Shown one piece after another: positions 41,330-56,026 of a stretch of DNA of 64,000 bases. This DNA comes from Eledone cirrhosa (Eukaryota): assembly GCA_964016885.1 (NCBI GenBank), contig OZ024750.1:19716001-19780000 (forward strand). The letters run 5' to 3'. A program made the translations under genes and the position numbers. The notes under the pieces were generated by a model. It was given only the letters and a program-made list of their open reading frames with translations, made no database searches and was not told the DNA's origin. Position 1 is the first letter of the stretch. Each line of letters begins with the position of its first letter.

Positions 41330-42648
41330 CAGGAAAGAAGAGTGACACGGTTTGCTATACAAAAAAGGTTTTTAATCTCATTGCTGACAATTGTGTCTCT
41401 GAACTGGTAGGTCAAGAGATCGCTATCCGCTTATTTTCACGTTACTCGATCGCCAATACAAAGTTATAACCAGTCAGTTCACCGGAGCTTGCGAGAATGA
41501 AAAGAATATACAGGCATGACAAGAATATACAGGCTACTATATGTAGTAGTAATGGCATTCAGTCAGAACAATAACAACAATATGAACTATGCTAGCAATA
41601 AATTATTTGAAATAATCACAACATCAATCTAGGTGGGAAGTATAGTATATCTACGATTTTAGCGTGTAAAACTAGCTGACAAGAGGCAGATGTATAAAAT
41701 TGACATGTAAAAACTGTCGTAGGGTGTATTATATCTAGTGTAAAGATAAGCTTGTGTCTTTAAACAATGTAAGTCAGGTGGCCGTAATAGTCGGTTTCTA
41801 TCTGACCGATGAAGGATTTATCACTGTAGTGGATTTGTGTGGTCTATATTAGATGAGAGGGCTGTCTAGCTTACTCATCATCAATAACATACATGTATAA
41901 GACAACACTAACAAAGAAGCTAAATAATGGGCAAGTTAATACAGAGGTTAAGGAGGCAATATATATATATATATATATACATACACACATGCACACAAAC
42001 ATATATATATATATACACACATACATGCATACATACAAAGAGAAAACATGCTGACTATAATTATAGCAGGAGGAAGGTAAAGTTCTGTTGTAGTAGTATT
42101 TTGAAATGTTCTTGGATTTAGGATCAAGTGCTGACAGATATACTATACTTCAAGTGCTGACAGATATACTATACTTCCCACCTAGATTGATCTTGTGATT
42201 ATTTCAAATAATTTATTGCTAGCATTGTTGATATTGTTGTTATTGTTCTGACTGAATGCCATTACTACTACATATAATCTTGTCATGCCTGTATATTCCT
42301 TTCATTCTCGCAAGCTCCGATGAACTGACTGTTTATAACTTTGTATTGGCGATCGAGTAACGTGAAAATAAGCGGATAGCGATCTCTAGACCTACCAGTT
42401 CAGAGAAACAATTGTCAGCAATGGGATTAAAAACCTTTTTTGTATAGCAAACCGTGTCACTCTTCTTTCCTGATTTATTATTACTCCAAGTGTTTACAAC
42501 ATAAGAATTACAGCGTACTCGCAGCATCACTATGGAAACGCCTTGTTGAGGAGTCAAACTTAGCCAAGCGTTGATATCATCCACTACCCGGAGTACCATA
42601 AGTGGACTACACCTAAGTGGACTACATATTACAATAATTTGTTACCCC

Positions 42649-42650
<2 letters not shown>
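41325..42650 (+). mobile_element. Large fold-back element: about 320-bp arms, 510-bp spacer, tail
   Basis: 41325-41652 pairs with about 42163-42478; tail to 42650; (TA)n on both sides. Confidence 0.8.
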
Positions 42651-42690
<40 letters not shown>

Positions 42691-42820
42691 ACTAGAAATA
42701 GATTGACATATATATATATATATAAAATAAAAATATGGAACAATCACAGGTAAAGTATGTAAGCACACATAGCTAGGTAGGTAACCAATTAAAGTTTGAC
42801 AACCCCTATTTTAATTTTGG

Positions 42821-42852
<32 letters not shown>

Positions 42853-42875
42853 GTATGTATATATCTATATACATC

Positions 42876-43059
42876 TATCTGGAGACCTCTCTGCACTTGT
42901 CATCACATAGTACCATGGGCCAGCAGTGTAGTGTTTGTACCAGAGTTTTCAAGTCGCTTGCTGGACTAAAAAGTCACACTTGTCCAGCGCATCGGTAGGG
43001 GTTCTCCTACATGGATATAAAGTAATGGCCGTACTCGAAAACGAGTTGGCAGCCACCAT
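42876..43059 (+). repeat. Dispersed repeat (copy of the 44887 unit with an internal deletion)
   Basis: TATCTGGAGA...TTGGCAGCCACCAT. Confidence 0.85.
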
Positions 43060-43164
43060 ATACATCTCTCCCTCTTTCTGTCTCTCTCTGTCTCTATATC
43101 TATCTCTCTATCTCTCTCTCTATATATATATATATATACGGATCTGTATATCTAACTACAAGTG

Positions 43165-43195
<31 letters not shown>

Positions 43196-44059
43196 TTTGT
43201 ATGTGCGAGTGTGCCTGTGTGAATGTCTGTATGCGTATGTTTGTTTGTATATAAAAATCAAATATATATACTGTAGCGATTTGCTGTCATGCTACCGGTC
43301 ATGTTGTTGAACATAATAATGTTGAGAGAAATATAGTATATATCACGTCACATGTTTAGGCATTGTAATGGAATTTATGAGTCTTGCATCAATTTTTGTT
43401 CAGTTATAGATTTGTGCCTTCCTATTACAATATTTAGCATAGAAGAAAACGTATTCGAGTTGTAAATAATCTTTGCTCCTCACACAAAATATTCAATCAA
43501 CTGTCTATTCTTTCTACAATTTCATTGTATAATTTCATTTTATTGACATCCCTCAACCCAAACTCCCCATATACTCATGCAATCCCAGATACATTCTTAC
43601 CTATATATATATATATATAACTATATCCTCCAACTCCATATTAGTGGATTGTATACTAAAATACAACCAATAAAAAATATATTTTATATATATTTATGGA
43701 TCATAGAATGTCTTTTATTCACACCTATGCGCCATGTAATAGAAAAGGAATTTATGTGCACATCATTTTCTTTCTTTCATTGTCTCCTTATACAATATTG
43801 GTAACAATAAAAAAGTCGTAAATATCATGATTTCTCTCCTTGCTCCTACTTCCCACTCTCTCATATTACACATTTCACCCTTAATTGAGTCTTAAAAAAC
43901 AATGATTGCACATGTATTAGTAAGCCGTCTGAACGCTTTCTAGAAACAAACATAAATCATTTCTCATTGACTATAGTCGATCTTATTATTATATTTTAAA
44001 CTTATTATTTTATGAATATTTCAAGAAATCCATTACACACACACTCACCTACACTGATA

Positions 44060-44457
44060 TATCTATCTATCTAGGGCGTGTAACATTCCCCAGATCCATG
44101 GACGAGTTCTCTCCAGCGGTCTCTGTCCCTCATTATCGCTGCCATGTCCTGCATCTCCAACAGACCAGTGTCTGTCATTAGGGCATCAACATACGTTAAC
44201 CTTGGTCTTCCTCTTCCAGTGTGTCCATGTAGGGGCTCCCACAGGAACACTGAGTGCAATGTCAACTCTGGATGTCGGTGAGCATGTCCAGCTAACCCCA
44301 GTCTCCTCTGTGTCACTTTTTAGCTGACTTTTGGGAGGCTCCCATACAGCTCTGAGTTTTTCATCCTCAGTGTATACTGATTAATGTTCAGAGCCATCCT
44401 CAGCATTCTCGTGTAGCACCCATCCACCATCTGAGTGAGTCTCTTGGTCAGTGTCCA
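44060..44457 (-). pseudogene. 3' end of an RTE-type LINE
   Basis: WTLTKRLTQMVDGCYTRMLRMALNI...*KVTQRRLGLAGHAHRH...WEP...GRGRPRLTYVDAL...DRDRWRELV, then an (ATAG)n tail; one in-frame stop. Confidence 0.85.
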
Positions 44458-44463
44458 ATATAT

Positions 44464-44680
44464 ATACAATATGTTGAAAGGGTAACACACTAGAGAGAGA
44501 GAGAGAGAAAGAGAGATAGTGTGCCATAATATATGGCACACTATATATATATCTCTCTCTCTGTCTCTAGTGCGTTACCCTTTCAATATATTGTATTTTA
44601 AAGAGCTCGGGATTACTTCTCCTTTGAGCACATTATTTACAGGGAATAACGAGAGTCTATGGCTCGTTAATTTATCGTGA
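44464..44680 (+). mobile_element. Fold-back element with (GA)n/(TC)n inside the arms, plus tail
   Basis: ATACAATATGTTGAAAGGGTAACACACTAGAGA pairs with a segment ending at 44596; inner stem TAGTGTGCCATA/TATGGCACACTA. Confidence 0.7.
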
Positions 44681-44699
44681 TATATATATATATAAATTA

Positions 44700-45398
44700 C
44701 CGGGAGAGATGACCCCTTAGCCTTTGTCAAGGCAGAATTCTAGGAGAAGGAAAACTCTGATATAACATCTGCAACCCTGATGGTATCCAATGATGTTGAC
44801 TTGTTCTTCTTTTTGGTAAATATCATCTTGGTTAAGAGAGTGGGACTGGCTTTGTGCAGTGCCTTTGCTCACTATAAAAGCTTCACAGCACAGGCATTGC
44901 TTTATATCTGGAGATCTCTCTGCACTTGTCATCACATGGTACCATGGGCCCTGCACTATGTGTCAATAATGGTCACAAGTGTAGTCTTTGTACCAGAGTT
45001 TTCAAGTCGCTGGCTGGACTAAAAAGTCACATTCGTTCAGCGCATCGGTAGGGGTTCTCCTACATGGATATAAAGTAGTGGCCGTACTCGAAAACGAGTT
45101 GGCAGCCACCATATATATATGTATGTATGTATATATATATGTATGTATATATATATATGTATGTATATATAAAGCACAGGCATTGCTTTATATCTGGAGA
45201 TCTCTCTGCACTTGACGTTACATGGTACCATAGGCCCAGCACTATGTGTCAATAATTGTCACAAGTGTAGTGTTTGTACCAGAGTTTTCAAGTTACTGGC
45301 TGGACTAAAATGTCACACTCGTTCAGCGCATCGGTAGGGGTTCTCCTGCATGGATGTAAAGTAGTGGCCGTACTCGAAAACAAGTTGGCAGCCACCAT
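44700..45398 (+). mobile_element. Possible RTE 5'-UTR-derived repeat with a tandemly duplicated 226-bp 3' unit
   Basis: CTAGGAGAAGGAAAACTCTGA motif near 44740; units at 44887-45112 and 45173-45398. Confidence 0.6.
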
Positions 45399-45399
45399 G

Positions 45400-45436
<37 letters not shown>

Positions 45437-45439
<3 letters not shown>

Positions 45440-45626
45440 GGAACCAGTAAGACCCCGACAGCTGAGCTCAAGCCGTTTCGACGGCTAATTCTGCAGAATT
45501 AGCCGTCGAAACGGCTTGAGCTCAGCTGTCGGGGTCTTACTGGTTCCTATTACCCACTCTACTACCTCAAGTATTGAGTACTTTGGTGCGTTATGGTCCA
45601 CCTGGTTCCTTACCACATTTCCTTCG

Positions 45627-45628
<2 letters not shown>
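45437..45628 (+). mobile_element. Family D fold-back element, 114-bp loopless palindrome plus tail
   Basis: 45437-45550 is self-complementary around CTGCAG; (TA)n on both sides. Confidence 0.85.
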
Positions 45629-45678
<50 letters not shown>

Positions 45679-46379
45679 TTGCATACATATATATTGTCCT
45701 ATATAATAGCAAAATATTTTCAACGCATTAGTTATTATATAATCGTACTCGTATTATGTTCTCATATTATATTTATATTTATGTATTTCTATTTTTTAAC
45801 CTTTTCTTGATACATAATATTTCTCCATGAAAAACATCTCCCTATAAGCGCAATTGCATTTATTGTATTCAATCCAATTTCCCATTGTTATTTCATTTGT
45901 TTTAGGTAGTAATTACCTGATACGAATATTGTATTTTTGAGTAAGATGAATGCAATATAATTTACACATTAATTATTTTAAAATAAAAACTACATTTTTG
46001 CATATAGAAACAAAGGATTTACTTATAATAGAATAGAATATTTACATAGTTCGAGGGAATATTAGAATATATTATCAAAAACATAATAAGAAGCAAGCAA
46101 TGTTTCGTAATAACACATACATTTACGAGAAACTATGGCCTTAGGAACTCTATATATCTTGGACATTTTACAGACATAGGGCGCAGGGCCCCATTTTCAT
46201 TGAAATCTCTATACCCGTTTCTACTTTGTGATTGTCATTATGGGGTATTCAGTATCGTGATTCGTCGAACAATGTTTAATTATCCACAAGTTTTAAAGTA
46301 AATTCGATCATTGCACTCTTAAAATATTATCTCCGGTGTAAATACATTTGCCCAATCATAAGCTTCGCCTCCAATGGAA

Positions 46380-46435
<56 letters not shown>

Positions 46436-46671
46436 TCAGAAGCCGGTTTGAAGTGCCATTTGAGTCATAAACATAAAACAATGAACTGAAAAGTCGGTTG
46501 AGCCCTCATACGTCGAATGGACGGTCCATCATATATATATATATATATTGGTATATATAGATATATGCATAATACACACTTAAATACTTGTGTGTGTGAT
46601 TCTGCAGTGGGGATGGTAGAGAGACATAGAGAATTGTGTATTGCTCAATTTAATAAAAATATTTATATATG

Positions 46672-46856
46672 TGTTTCTACTTTTGGTACTAGGCCACCAA
46701 TTATTCCAGTGCATTACTGGTACTTTATTTTATAGACCCCGTAAGGAGGAAAGGCAAAGTTAACCTCCACGGTATTTGAACTCAAAACGTAAAGGGCCTT
46801 AACTCTATGCTGCAAATCATGGTGTCCGACTTTCTACCGATTCTGCCAATCCACTG
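46672..46856 (-). mobile_element. SINE A, diverged
   Basis: Reverse complement of the consensus. Confidence 0.8.
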
Positions 46857-47770
46857 TTCAGTGTTTCAAATACATTCTTACATATTTGCTAATCTATAAT
46901 ATATCATATATTGTGCACACATTTCGAACTACGAATCAGAGGCTACGCATATGACAATGACACCAACAATCAACAGGGCTAGCTTTCGGAAGTAGTGTAC
47001 TATTTTTATTGTAAATATCACAGTTTCTGACAAATAAAACTTGCTATAGCATTAAACCTTATCCAAACGCTCTATCTGACTTTCATGGTTATTCCTGCTG
47101 TATCTTTTCCTGGATACTACCGTAAATTCTATAGCCAAATTATTCCTGGCCTAATATTTGTCCATTCTACGTTAAGTCATCGCTAGATATATCAAAGTCG
47201 CATATTGAAACTAATCAGCAATATAATAGATCTAACCTGACTGAAATAAAATGCAAAGGCAATGAAGTATTCGTCGGATTAGATAATCTGAAAATTGATT
47301 CCATTTGCATCACACATATCGTCATCTCTACCTAATCAGCTCCGAAATTTATCAATCATCTTACGACAGTTATTTCCTACTCAATCTTCTTTTCGTCTTT
47401 TATTTGGTAGTTGTTCCTTATTACCATAATGTCGGCTAATAGCATGCCGTTATTTCTTTCTAACCTGGTGCTGAGCAATAGTAAGATTATCAGTTAACAG
47501 TTTGTATGGCATAAAGTAAAAATAATTGCCAATTTGCATGTTTTTACATCGTTGTTCTATCTTTTACATTTCAATTTTCCTACACCTTATTTTCATTCGT
47601 CTGTTACTAATGATCAGCTGTAAAAGCAGACGCAATTTCCATCAGATCAAGTATAACACCATAGTTAAACATTGTGAAGAAGCGTGGCTTAGCTTTTAAC
47701 TCTCAATCGGTGAGTGTACAACCTGAGTGAGGTTGGTGCGACGAGAATGATTTATGAATTTGTAGCGGCG

Positions 47771-47831
<61 letters not shown>

Positions 47832-47961
47832 ACGTGCGGGCGTGACAAACAGAGAGCGAGAGCGAGAGAGAGAGAGGGATATAGGTAGAGAGGGGGGTAG
47901 AGTGAGAGAGAGAGAGAGAGAGTTTGTGTGTGTGCATGTACCGTGTAAGTGTGTAGGTACT

Positions 47962-48189
<228 letters not shown>

Positions 48190-48190
<1 letters not shown>

Positions 48191-48434
48191 ATCGCCGCAT
48201 TTTGACTAAATAAATTAAAGAAATTATTTACCCTGATAGTGCGGTTAAGAAACCTCGGAGAAAATGGAAAAAGATGAGTATTGACAATACTCATCTTTTT
48301 CCATTTTCTCCGAGGGTTCTTAACCGCACTATCAGGCTAAATAATTTCTTTAATTTCTTTAGTCAAAATGCGGCGATAGCTTACATTTCTAATAATTTCA
48401 AACCCACTCGCTGTTTCGAAAATATTCTTACTTG
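48190..48434 (+). mobile_element. Fold-back element, 94-bp arms and 1-nt loop, plus tail
   Basis: 48190-48283 pairs with 48285-48378; (TA)n on both sides. Confidence 0.85.
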
Positions 48435-48638
48435 ATATATATATATATATATATAGATATATAGATACATAGAACATCCCAGTTCCACTGAGAAAACTTT
48501 ACCTTCGGATGATCACGCAAAAAAGTCGACCTTTTTGCGAAAAGACTAAGATGGAGAACCTTTTTCTACGATAGATACCGCGACAATCAGGACTTCGACA
48601 CCAAGGAGAGATTCGGATTTATTTAAAGGTCCAGAAAC

Positions 48639-48770
48639 AGCCGTCGAAACGGCTTGCACTCTGCCGTCGGGGTCATACATTTTCCTATTTCCCATTCTAC
48701 TACCCTACCTAAATATTGTGTACTCTGGTGCGTTATGGCCCATCTGGTTCCTTACCACAATTCCTTTGTT
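48639..48770 (+). mobile_element. Family D diverged copy without an inverted arm
   Basis: AGCCGTCGAAACGGCTTG...CGGGGTCATAC...TGGTTCCTTACCACA. Confidence 0.75.
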
Positions 48771-48823
48771 ATATATATATATATATATATAAAAGATCAA
48801 AAGATGGTTAAAAGAATTCCATG

Positions 48824-48894
48824 TATTTTATTATGCGCATTTCAAAAACAAATATCATCATGCAATAACATTTGTGTTTTCGTCAGTTAAAATA
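48824..48894 (-). ncRNA. Type I hammerhead ribozyme (antisense copy)
   Basis: Reverse complement of 48972-49042 with two differences. Confidence 0.7.
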
Positions 48895-48971
48895 GGGAGA
48901 CATGATATGAAGGACATGATATAAAACTGCACTATTCACAAGTGTGTTTTAACCTTCATATCATGTCTCCC

Positions 48972-49042
48972 TATTTTATCTGACGAAAACGCAAATGTTA
49001 TTGCATGATGATATTTGTTTTTGAAATGCGCATAATAAAATA
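48972..49042 (+). ncRNA. Type I hammerhead ribozyme, canonical core
   Basis: TATTTTAT CTGACGA [16-bp stem II, GCAT loop] GAAA TGCGCA TA ATAAAATA; 8-bp stem I, palindromic stem III. Confidence 0.8.
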
Positions 49043-49164
49043 CATGGAACTCTTTTAACCATCGTTTGATCTTATATATTATATATACTCCAGTCCTACA
49101 ATATGTAGAGTGCTACTTATCCGATATCTGCATTGCTTTATTGTACTACAATAAAACTTACCAC

Positions 49165-49277
<113 letters not shown>

Positions 49278-49793
49278 CGATAATGCTTACCCATATATTA
49301 TTGCATATTTTCGCAATGATAGAAGGATCCCACTTTCTCTCTGAATACGCAATCTATTTCACGATAATTTGTGAGGTTTCGTAATTGAACTAACGAAATT
49401 CGTAGAGATATTATCATTATTGTTAATAATAATAATATGATTATTAAATACATACTAGTTATATTATACGTTATTCGCTTCCTGACGTGAAGACTTCGTC
49501 TATTTATGTTTGATAAAGAGAAAATATTGTCCGTTAAAAAAGAAAAAGTCATTAATCTAGAATAGTGAATAATACGCTAGGATATACAAACAAACAAACA
49601 AACATATATATATATTCATTATACATACGTATATGTATATATGTATATATGTATATATGTATATATGTCTGCGTAAGTGTGTTTGTGTGTGTGTGTATGT
49701 GTATACATATATAATATATTTGGTGGGCTATTATGTCAGACATAACCTGGGAAAATACTGGCCAAAAGCTATCAAATTGATCAAAGTTACATA

Positions 49794-49857
<64 letters not shown>

Positions 49858-49881
49858 TATATGCATATTCTTATTATTATC

Positions 49882-49954
<73 letters not shown>

Positions 49955-50688
49955 ATGTATGTATATATATATATATATACATGACGCAGAATGGGCAGTC
50001 ATTTATGTGAACGGAAGTCGAATTTAATATAAATTTTTGCTTGTGAAATAAAAAAAAAATATATGTATATTTATTTAAGCAAAGCAAAACCTACAACCGT
50101 TTCATCATCCGGCTGTCACAGCGTATTGCTGCTCATATAGCAACGCTGTGCTCTATTTCAATCGGACAAGATTTATACTGCTGGAGTGAATTAGCAATAT
50201 ATAAATTCTGTAGATTTTCAACGTATTAAATTCAGAACTCAATACAAAACAAAAAAATGGTATCAATTTAAAGAAGTAAACGGTTATTGTCTGAATTTCC
50301 ACACCAACAAAAATCTTACAAGAAAAATAAAACTATAGTAAATGACTAAAATAAATAAGTCATTACTATGAATTTAATACACATGTCTAATAGAAGAAAG
50401 AAGTGTGGATATTGATTACAAAACACCAATATATTATGTGCAGTCAACCGTGACCTTGAAAGGTCAAACCTCCATTCTTGAAAGCAATATCAGGCTATTA
50501 TGTCGCTCCTACAGTCTAATAAGTGTTTAAATTTTAATACATGGAACATATTTGTCCAATCAATCTCTTTCACGAACAGAACTCTAAAACTATTGAATTC
50601 GCGTTGGACACCATCGATGTATATATATACATATATATATACATATATATATATATCGATACATATATATATATATATATATATATCG

Positions 50689-50760
<72 letters not shown>

Positions 50761-50767
50761 ATATATG

Positions 50768-50807
<40 letters not shown>

Positions 50808-50973
50808 TGTGTGTGTGTATGTGTGTGTGTGCGTGAGGGTGTTAATGTGTATGTGAACGTGTGTGTAGTATATTATATTGTCTATCTCTATATATGTCTT
50901 TCTCACCCATCTTTCTCTCTTTATATATATATGTATATATACATAGATATATATATATATATATATACATATA

Positions 50974-51078
<105 letters not shown>

Positions 51079-51193
51079 CTATATATATCTATATATATGT
51101 ATATATATATATATAACATTATACATAACATTATATATATATATAAACATAATATTATATATATATATATATATATCTATTTATAAACATAAC

Positions 51194-51261
<68 letters not shown>

Positions 51262-51457
51262 GTTATGTTTATATATATATATATATATATATACATAACA
51301 TTATATGCCCGCACATATATACGTGTATTTGTATATATAAGTTTGTTTCATTGTTAAATGACCACATGAAAAACGGAATCCAGTAATGACCAGTATATTT
51401 CAAACCGAAATATATAGGTCGGAGGAGTCAGCGTATATTATTATCATTATCGTCGTC

Positions 51458-51640
51458 ATTGGCAGATTCGGTAGAGGGTCGGACGCCATGCTTTGACGTA
51501 TAGAGTTATGGCCCTGGCCATTCTGAGTTCAAATCCCGCCGAGGTTAACTTTGCCTTTCATCCGTACGGGGTCGATAAAATAAAGTACCAGTAATACACT
51601 GGATAATTTCTGGCCTTGTGCCAAAAGTAGAAAGAATTAT
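51458..51640 (+). mobile_element. SINE A with TSD
   Basis: ATTATCGTCGTCATT at 51446-51460 and 51636-51650. Confidence 0.9.
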
Positions 51641-53952
51641 CGTCGTCATTATTTTTGTTATTAATATTATCATTACTCATCATCGTCGCCATCATCATGG
51701 TTTTAATCATGGTCACCATCAACCTCATTATCATTGATTTTAAACTTTATTAGTGATTTGGTCGAATCGTCTATATTTAGAGTTGACTTCAACTATTTAC
51801 CCGATATAATATTGAGCTCAATCAAAACAGTATGTTATAATTAATTATGTTTGATCTCAGTATCAACTCTTAAAATCTTTCTCAAATCTTTCAGTCCTGG
51901 ATGTGTTTAGTGTGTTGAGATTGGTTTTTTCTGACAAAGAAGCATATTTAGCGCTTGATCCCTATTAGCCTCATTGAGAAATATCATCAGAATCTTGTGG
52001 TCTCTAGAGCATAACCCCTTTTTATCATGTTTCTGATGAAATATGTATTTGATTTTCAAACAATTTTGATACTATTCAACAACTTGGCGGATTACTAATT
52101 TCCTCCTTATTAAGCTAATATATTGAATATAGTTTTAGAAAGACTCCCACATATTATTGTGATGAATGGCTTCTAGATGAATATATAGCTGTCATTGGTA
52201 ATGACAATAACATAAACGCAAACCAATCAATATCAAGATCTCGTTATCTACGAATAGTTTTGTATGGTAGGATCAGGGGTGGTTTCAGTGGGCTAGATAT
52301 CAAACGGGTAAATGCTGTAACAAGTTACCGGAACGTAAAAATTAACCTATATTCGAAAACTATTTCCATAACATGTGAAACAATTAAAATATACGATTAT
52401 TTCTACTGTGGTCTTAGCTGTGTAGGAATATGTTGGCTACTATGTAACTGACATCGGTATTGGTGTAGTCAGCCAAATAATTTTCCGTTGCGGTAATACT
52501 AGCAGTTAAATTATGTTAAGGATTTTAAAAGTAGTATTGTGAAAGTTTGAAATTGCATTTAAAATATCTGAACCAGACTATAATTACTGAACGGTGAACC
52601 ACTACGTAGCACTTTTGAACTACATTGCAATGTTATCAAGGCTGACCTGTTATTTTGAGTTATACTAAAATACCAGTAAAATTAATGTTCAGACCAATAT
52701 TTTCCGAAATCACTGTAACATTAAGAAAGGCGAACAAGACATTGAATATCTCATATATCAGGTAACTGTCATAATGTAAAGATTATACTGAAGAGATTAC
52801 GATTCCCCGATATTTCAATCTGTTTCACGTTTTCTTGCTCATGTTGGACATCAAGGGTGTTAGCTAGCTCTTTTGAAGTGAGGGAAAACTAACAGTGCGT
52901 ATTTAATTTCATTGGTTCAAATGCTGCTTTTCAAAAGGAAATCGTATTCATCAAGTAACATAACATTAATAAAATCCCACGACAAAAAAAAAGAAATACT
53001 AAATAAATAAATTAGATGATTTAGAAAATTCATTTCGAGAATGGATATCCATAGCACGGTGAAATGATTGCGATGGACGGAAAAGATTAGAAGTAGAATA
53101 ATCACGTGGATTAGATTTCGACACCTGCTGGTCATATCGCAAGCGATCGAAGTGTAACATTCTGAATGCATCAAACTGAATCCACTGATAAGCGACGTGA
53201 AAGAAAACGACTAGAAATTCTATCTGATACAAATAGAAATTAATCTAACATTATTATAACATTTTCATAACGATTTGTTTTGTTTAAGTTAACATGTGCC
53301 TTGGAAACATAATAAATGCAAAGATATAAAGAAAGTTTAAACAAAAAACGAGGCAGTTCATTGCAGTAAAAATGATGGACGCCAGCGTACAACTGAAGTG
53401 GAAGAGAATGTTCAACGTTAAATGTAATATGGGATTTTAATTCGTCTCTTTAGATTCTAACTTTAGATATAGCTACTTGGAATTTTAACAGTCATAATAA
53501 ATATATATCATGAGGATGCTAAGGTCGATTAAATCAAATATATTTCCATTACAAAATGGTCTGCTACATAAGCTATGAATTCCTATTAGATAGGAAAATT
53601 CAATACCCATACTATTACTCATATATATCTATATACAAACATATATATAAATATACATACAAATATCTATTCATTTATGTAGTTCGTTCATCTGTATAAC
53701 TTAATGCTTATACTGTTTGTTGTATATAGAAATAAAACTAACGACTATGTTGTTAAAGAGGCACAAATATGATATGAATTATGCAATGATTTAGGACGTG
53801 GTCGAGAGAAACCAATGATTCAGACTGATCAATGGATAAATGTTTCTACTAAATAATTTAAACAACGTAGTGAACTGTTTAGTATGTTTACAACAAAGAC
53901 TATTAATCCACTAATTATTATTTGTTTTAGTCCAAAACTTAGCATACAAAAT

Positions 53953-54032
<80 letters not shown>

Positions 54033-54075
54033 TAGCAGATATATTATACCATGTGTGCATATATGTATGTACATA

Positions 54076-54122
<47 letters not shown>

Positions 54123-54732
54123 CCGTGTATGTAAATCTCTCTCTTTCTTTCTCTCTCTCTCAACCCACACATATATATACCCCCCACACATGCATATATA
54201 TATATGTATATATATATATATGCATATATATGAATATGGGGTAAATATGCTTACGTCTGCGTACTTTGTGGTGTAGATATATCTGCGTTCATCCATGGCC
54301 AATGAACATTTGTTTCATGTGTATTAGATAGTAAAGTCTACAGAACTTCAGTTGAAATATTATTTATATTAGATTTGTATTGGTATAATACAAAGTATAT
54401 ATTTAGATGTCTTTCTGATCGTTTGTTTCTTGGTAAATAAATGAGGATAAATCAATATATGTTGTTAATTCCCTGATAAATTATTTTCACATATATTATT
54501 TGTGTTCTATTTGTGCTAACTTTCATTAGTCTTAAATTTTCTACACAGAATGTTCTCTATAATAATATATACTAAAATATAATTATACTATTTTTCATGA
54601 TTTGATCTGTCCATGTTCGTCAACTTATGACCACAAACATGTGGGTACATTCACACACATCAAATAGTTGGCGTCGTATATATAGTAGTCATCATATGCG
54701 ATTTTTGTATATATATGAAATAAGAAATAAGT

Positions 54733-54919
54733 AATTGTTTCTACTTAAGGCACAAGGCCAGCAATTATCCAGTGCATTACTGGTACTTTATTTTATCGAC
54801 CCCGTAAGCATGAAAGGCAAAGTCAACCTCGGCGGGATTTGAACTCAGATCGTAAAGGGACGTAACTATGCTGGAAAGCATGGCATCCGACCCTCTACCG
54901 ATACTGCCAATCCACCGCC
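54733..54919 (-). mobile_element. SINE A, full length with TSD
   Basis: TAAGAAATAAGTAAT at 54721-54735 and 54921-54935. Confidence 0.9.
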
Positions 54920-55604
54920 ATAAGAAATAAGTAATGTATACTAATCTTTGCCAGTGCCTTTGTGAAATGTGTTATAATCCACTATAGAGGATAAATATCC
55001 GCGACCATATTACCAAAATATTTTAGAATTAAATAACCTATTACTTATATAGCAATACACATTACCTGTTAATAGAAATATGTTTAAAATATGTTGGAAT
55101 ATTATGTACAATTCATTAAATAGCTTTATCCGATCTACCTATCTGACTATATTGCAATTTCTCTCACTACTTGTAAGCAGCAACACTTCGGGAATTTCAT
55201 TCCGAAAGATTTAAAAATGACAAACTTTATATCTGTCCATACGGTACATGTATCTCGTGCACGAGCAATTGCAAAGATATCCGTTTTATCAACGCTTATG
55301 GAACCGCCAGCAGCTGTCGAAATCTAATTCACGTAATTATTCTACTTTTAATCTTTCCGTTAAAAGAACAAAGATACACAATGCAATAACCCAGAAACAA
55401 CATTGTCGATCGTTTCACTCTGTCACCGCTAGAACATAAAATTGGTGATGGTCATCTAAAACTCATAGAATAATTTGCTTGCAAACGAATCTAATATTAT
55501 TATCAGGCGATATACACCTCCCGAATAAATTACGCATTCGCTATGTTAGAGCGAAAAAGCAAGCCAAACCAAACGAAACCAAATTCTAATTTTGTTTATA
55601 GACG

Positions 55605-55636
<32 letters not shown>

Positions 55637-55738
55637 AAGAGAGAAAGAGGGAGAGGGAGAGAGAGAGAGAGGGGGGGGGGGAGATTGAGAGAGAATAGAA
55701 CTAGAATTTAGCTTCGAGCATAGCTGTGTACATATATG

Positions 55739-56026
55739 TATTTGAATTTCGTATTTCTAAACACATACGGTATGTTTATAAATAAACATTTAGAAAGCCT
55801 CAGCTATGCAAAAACACCTGCGGCTAGCACCACCTGGTGGTGTGCAGTAGAAGCAAGGGGGCCAATCATCTATGCATTTCGAACTGAACTGGTTCTCATT
55901 AGGACTATCCCTCTCGCTCTTGCAAAGTTGGGAGGTGGTGATATCCGGCGGTGTTTTTGCATAGCTACTGCTTTCTAAATGTTTATTTATAAACATAACG
56001 TATTTCTTTAGAAATACGAAATTCAA

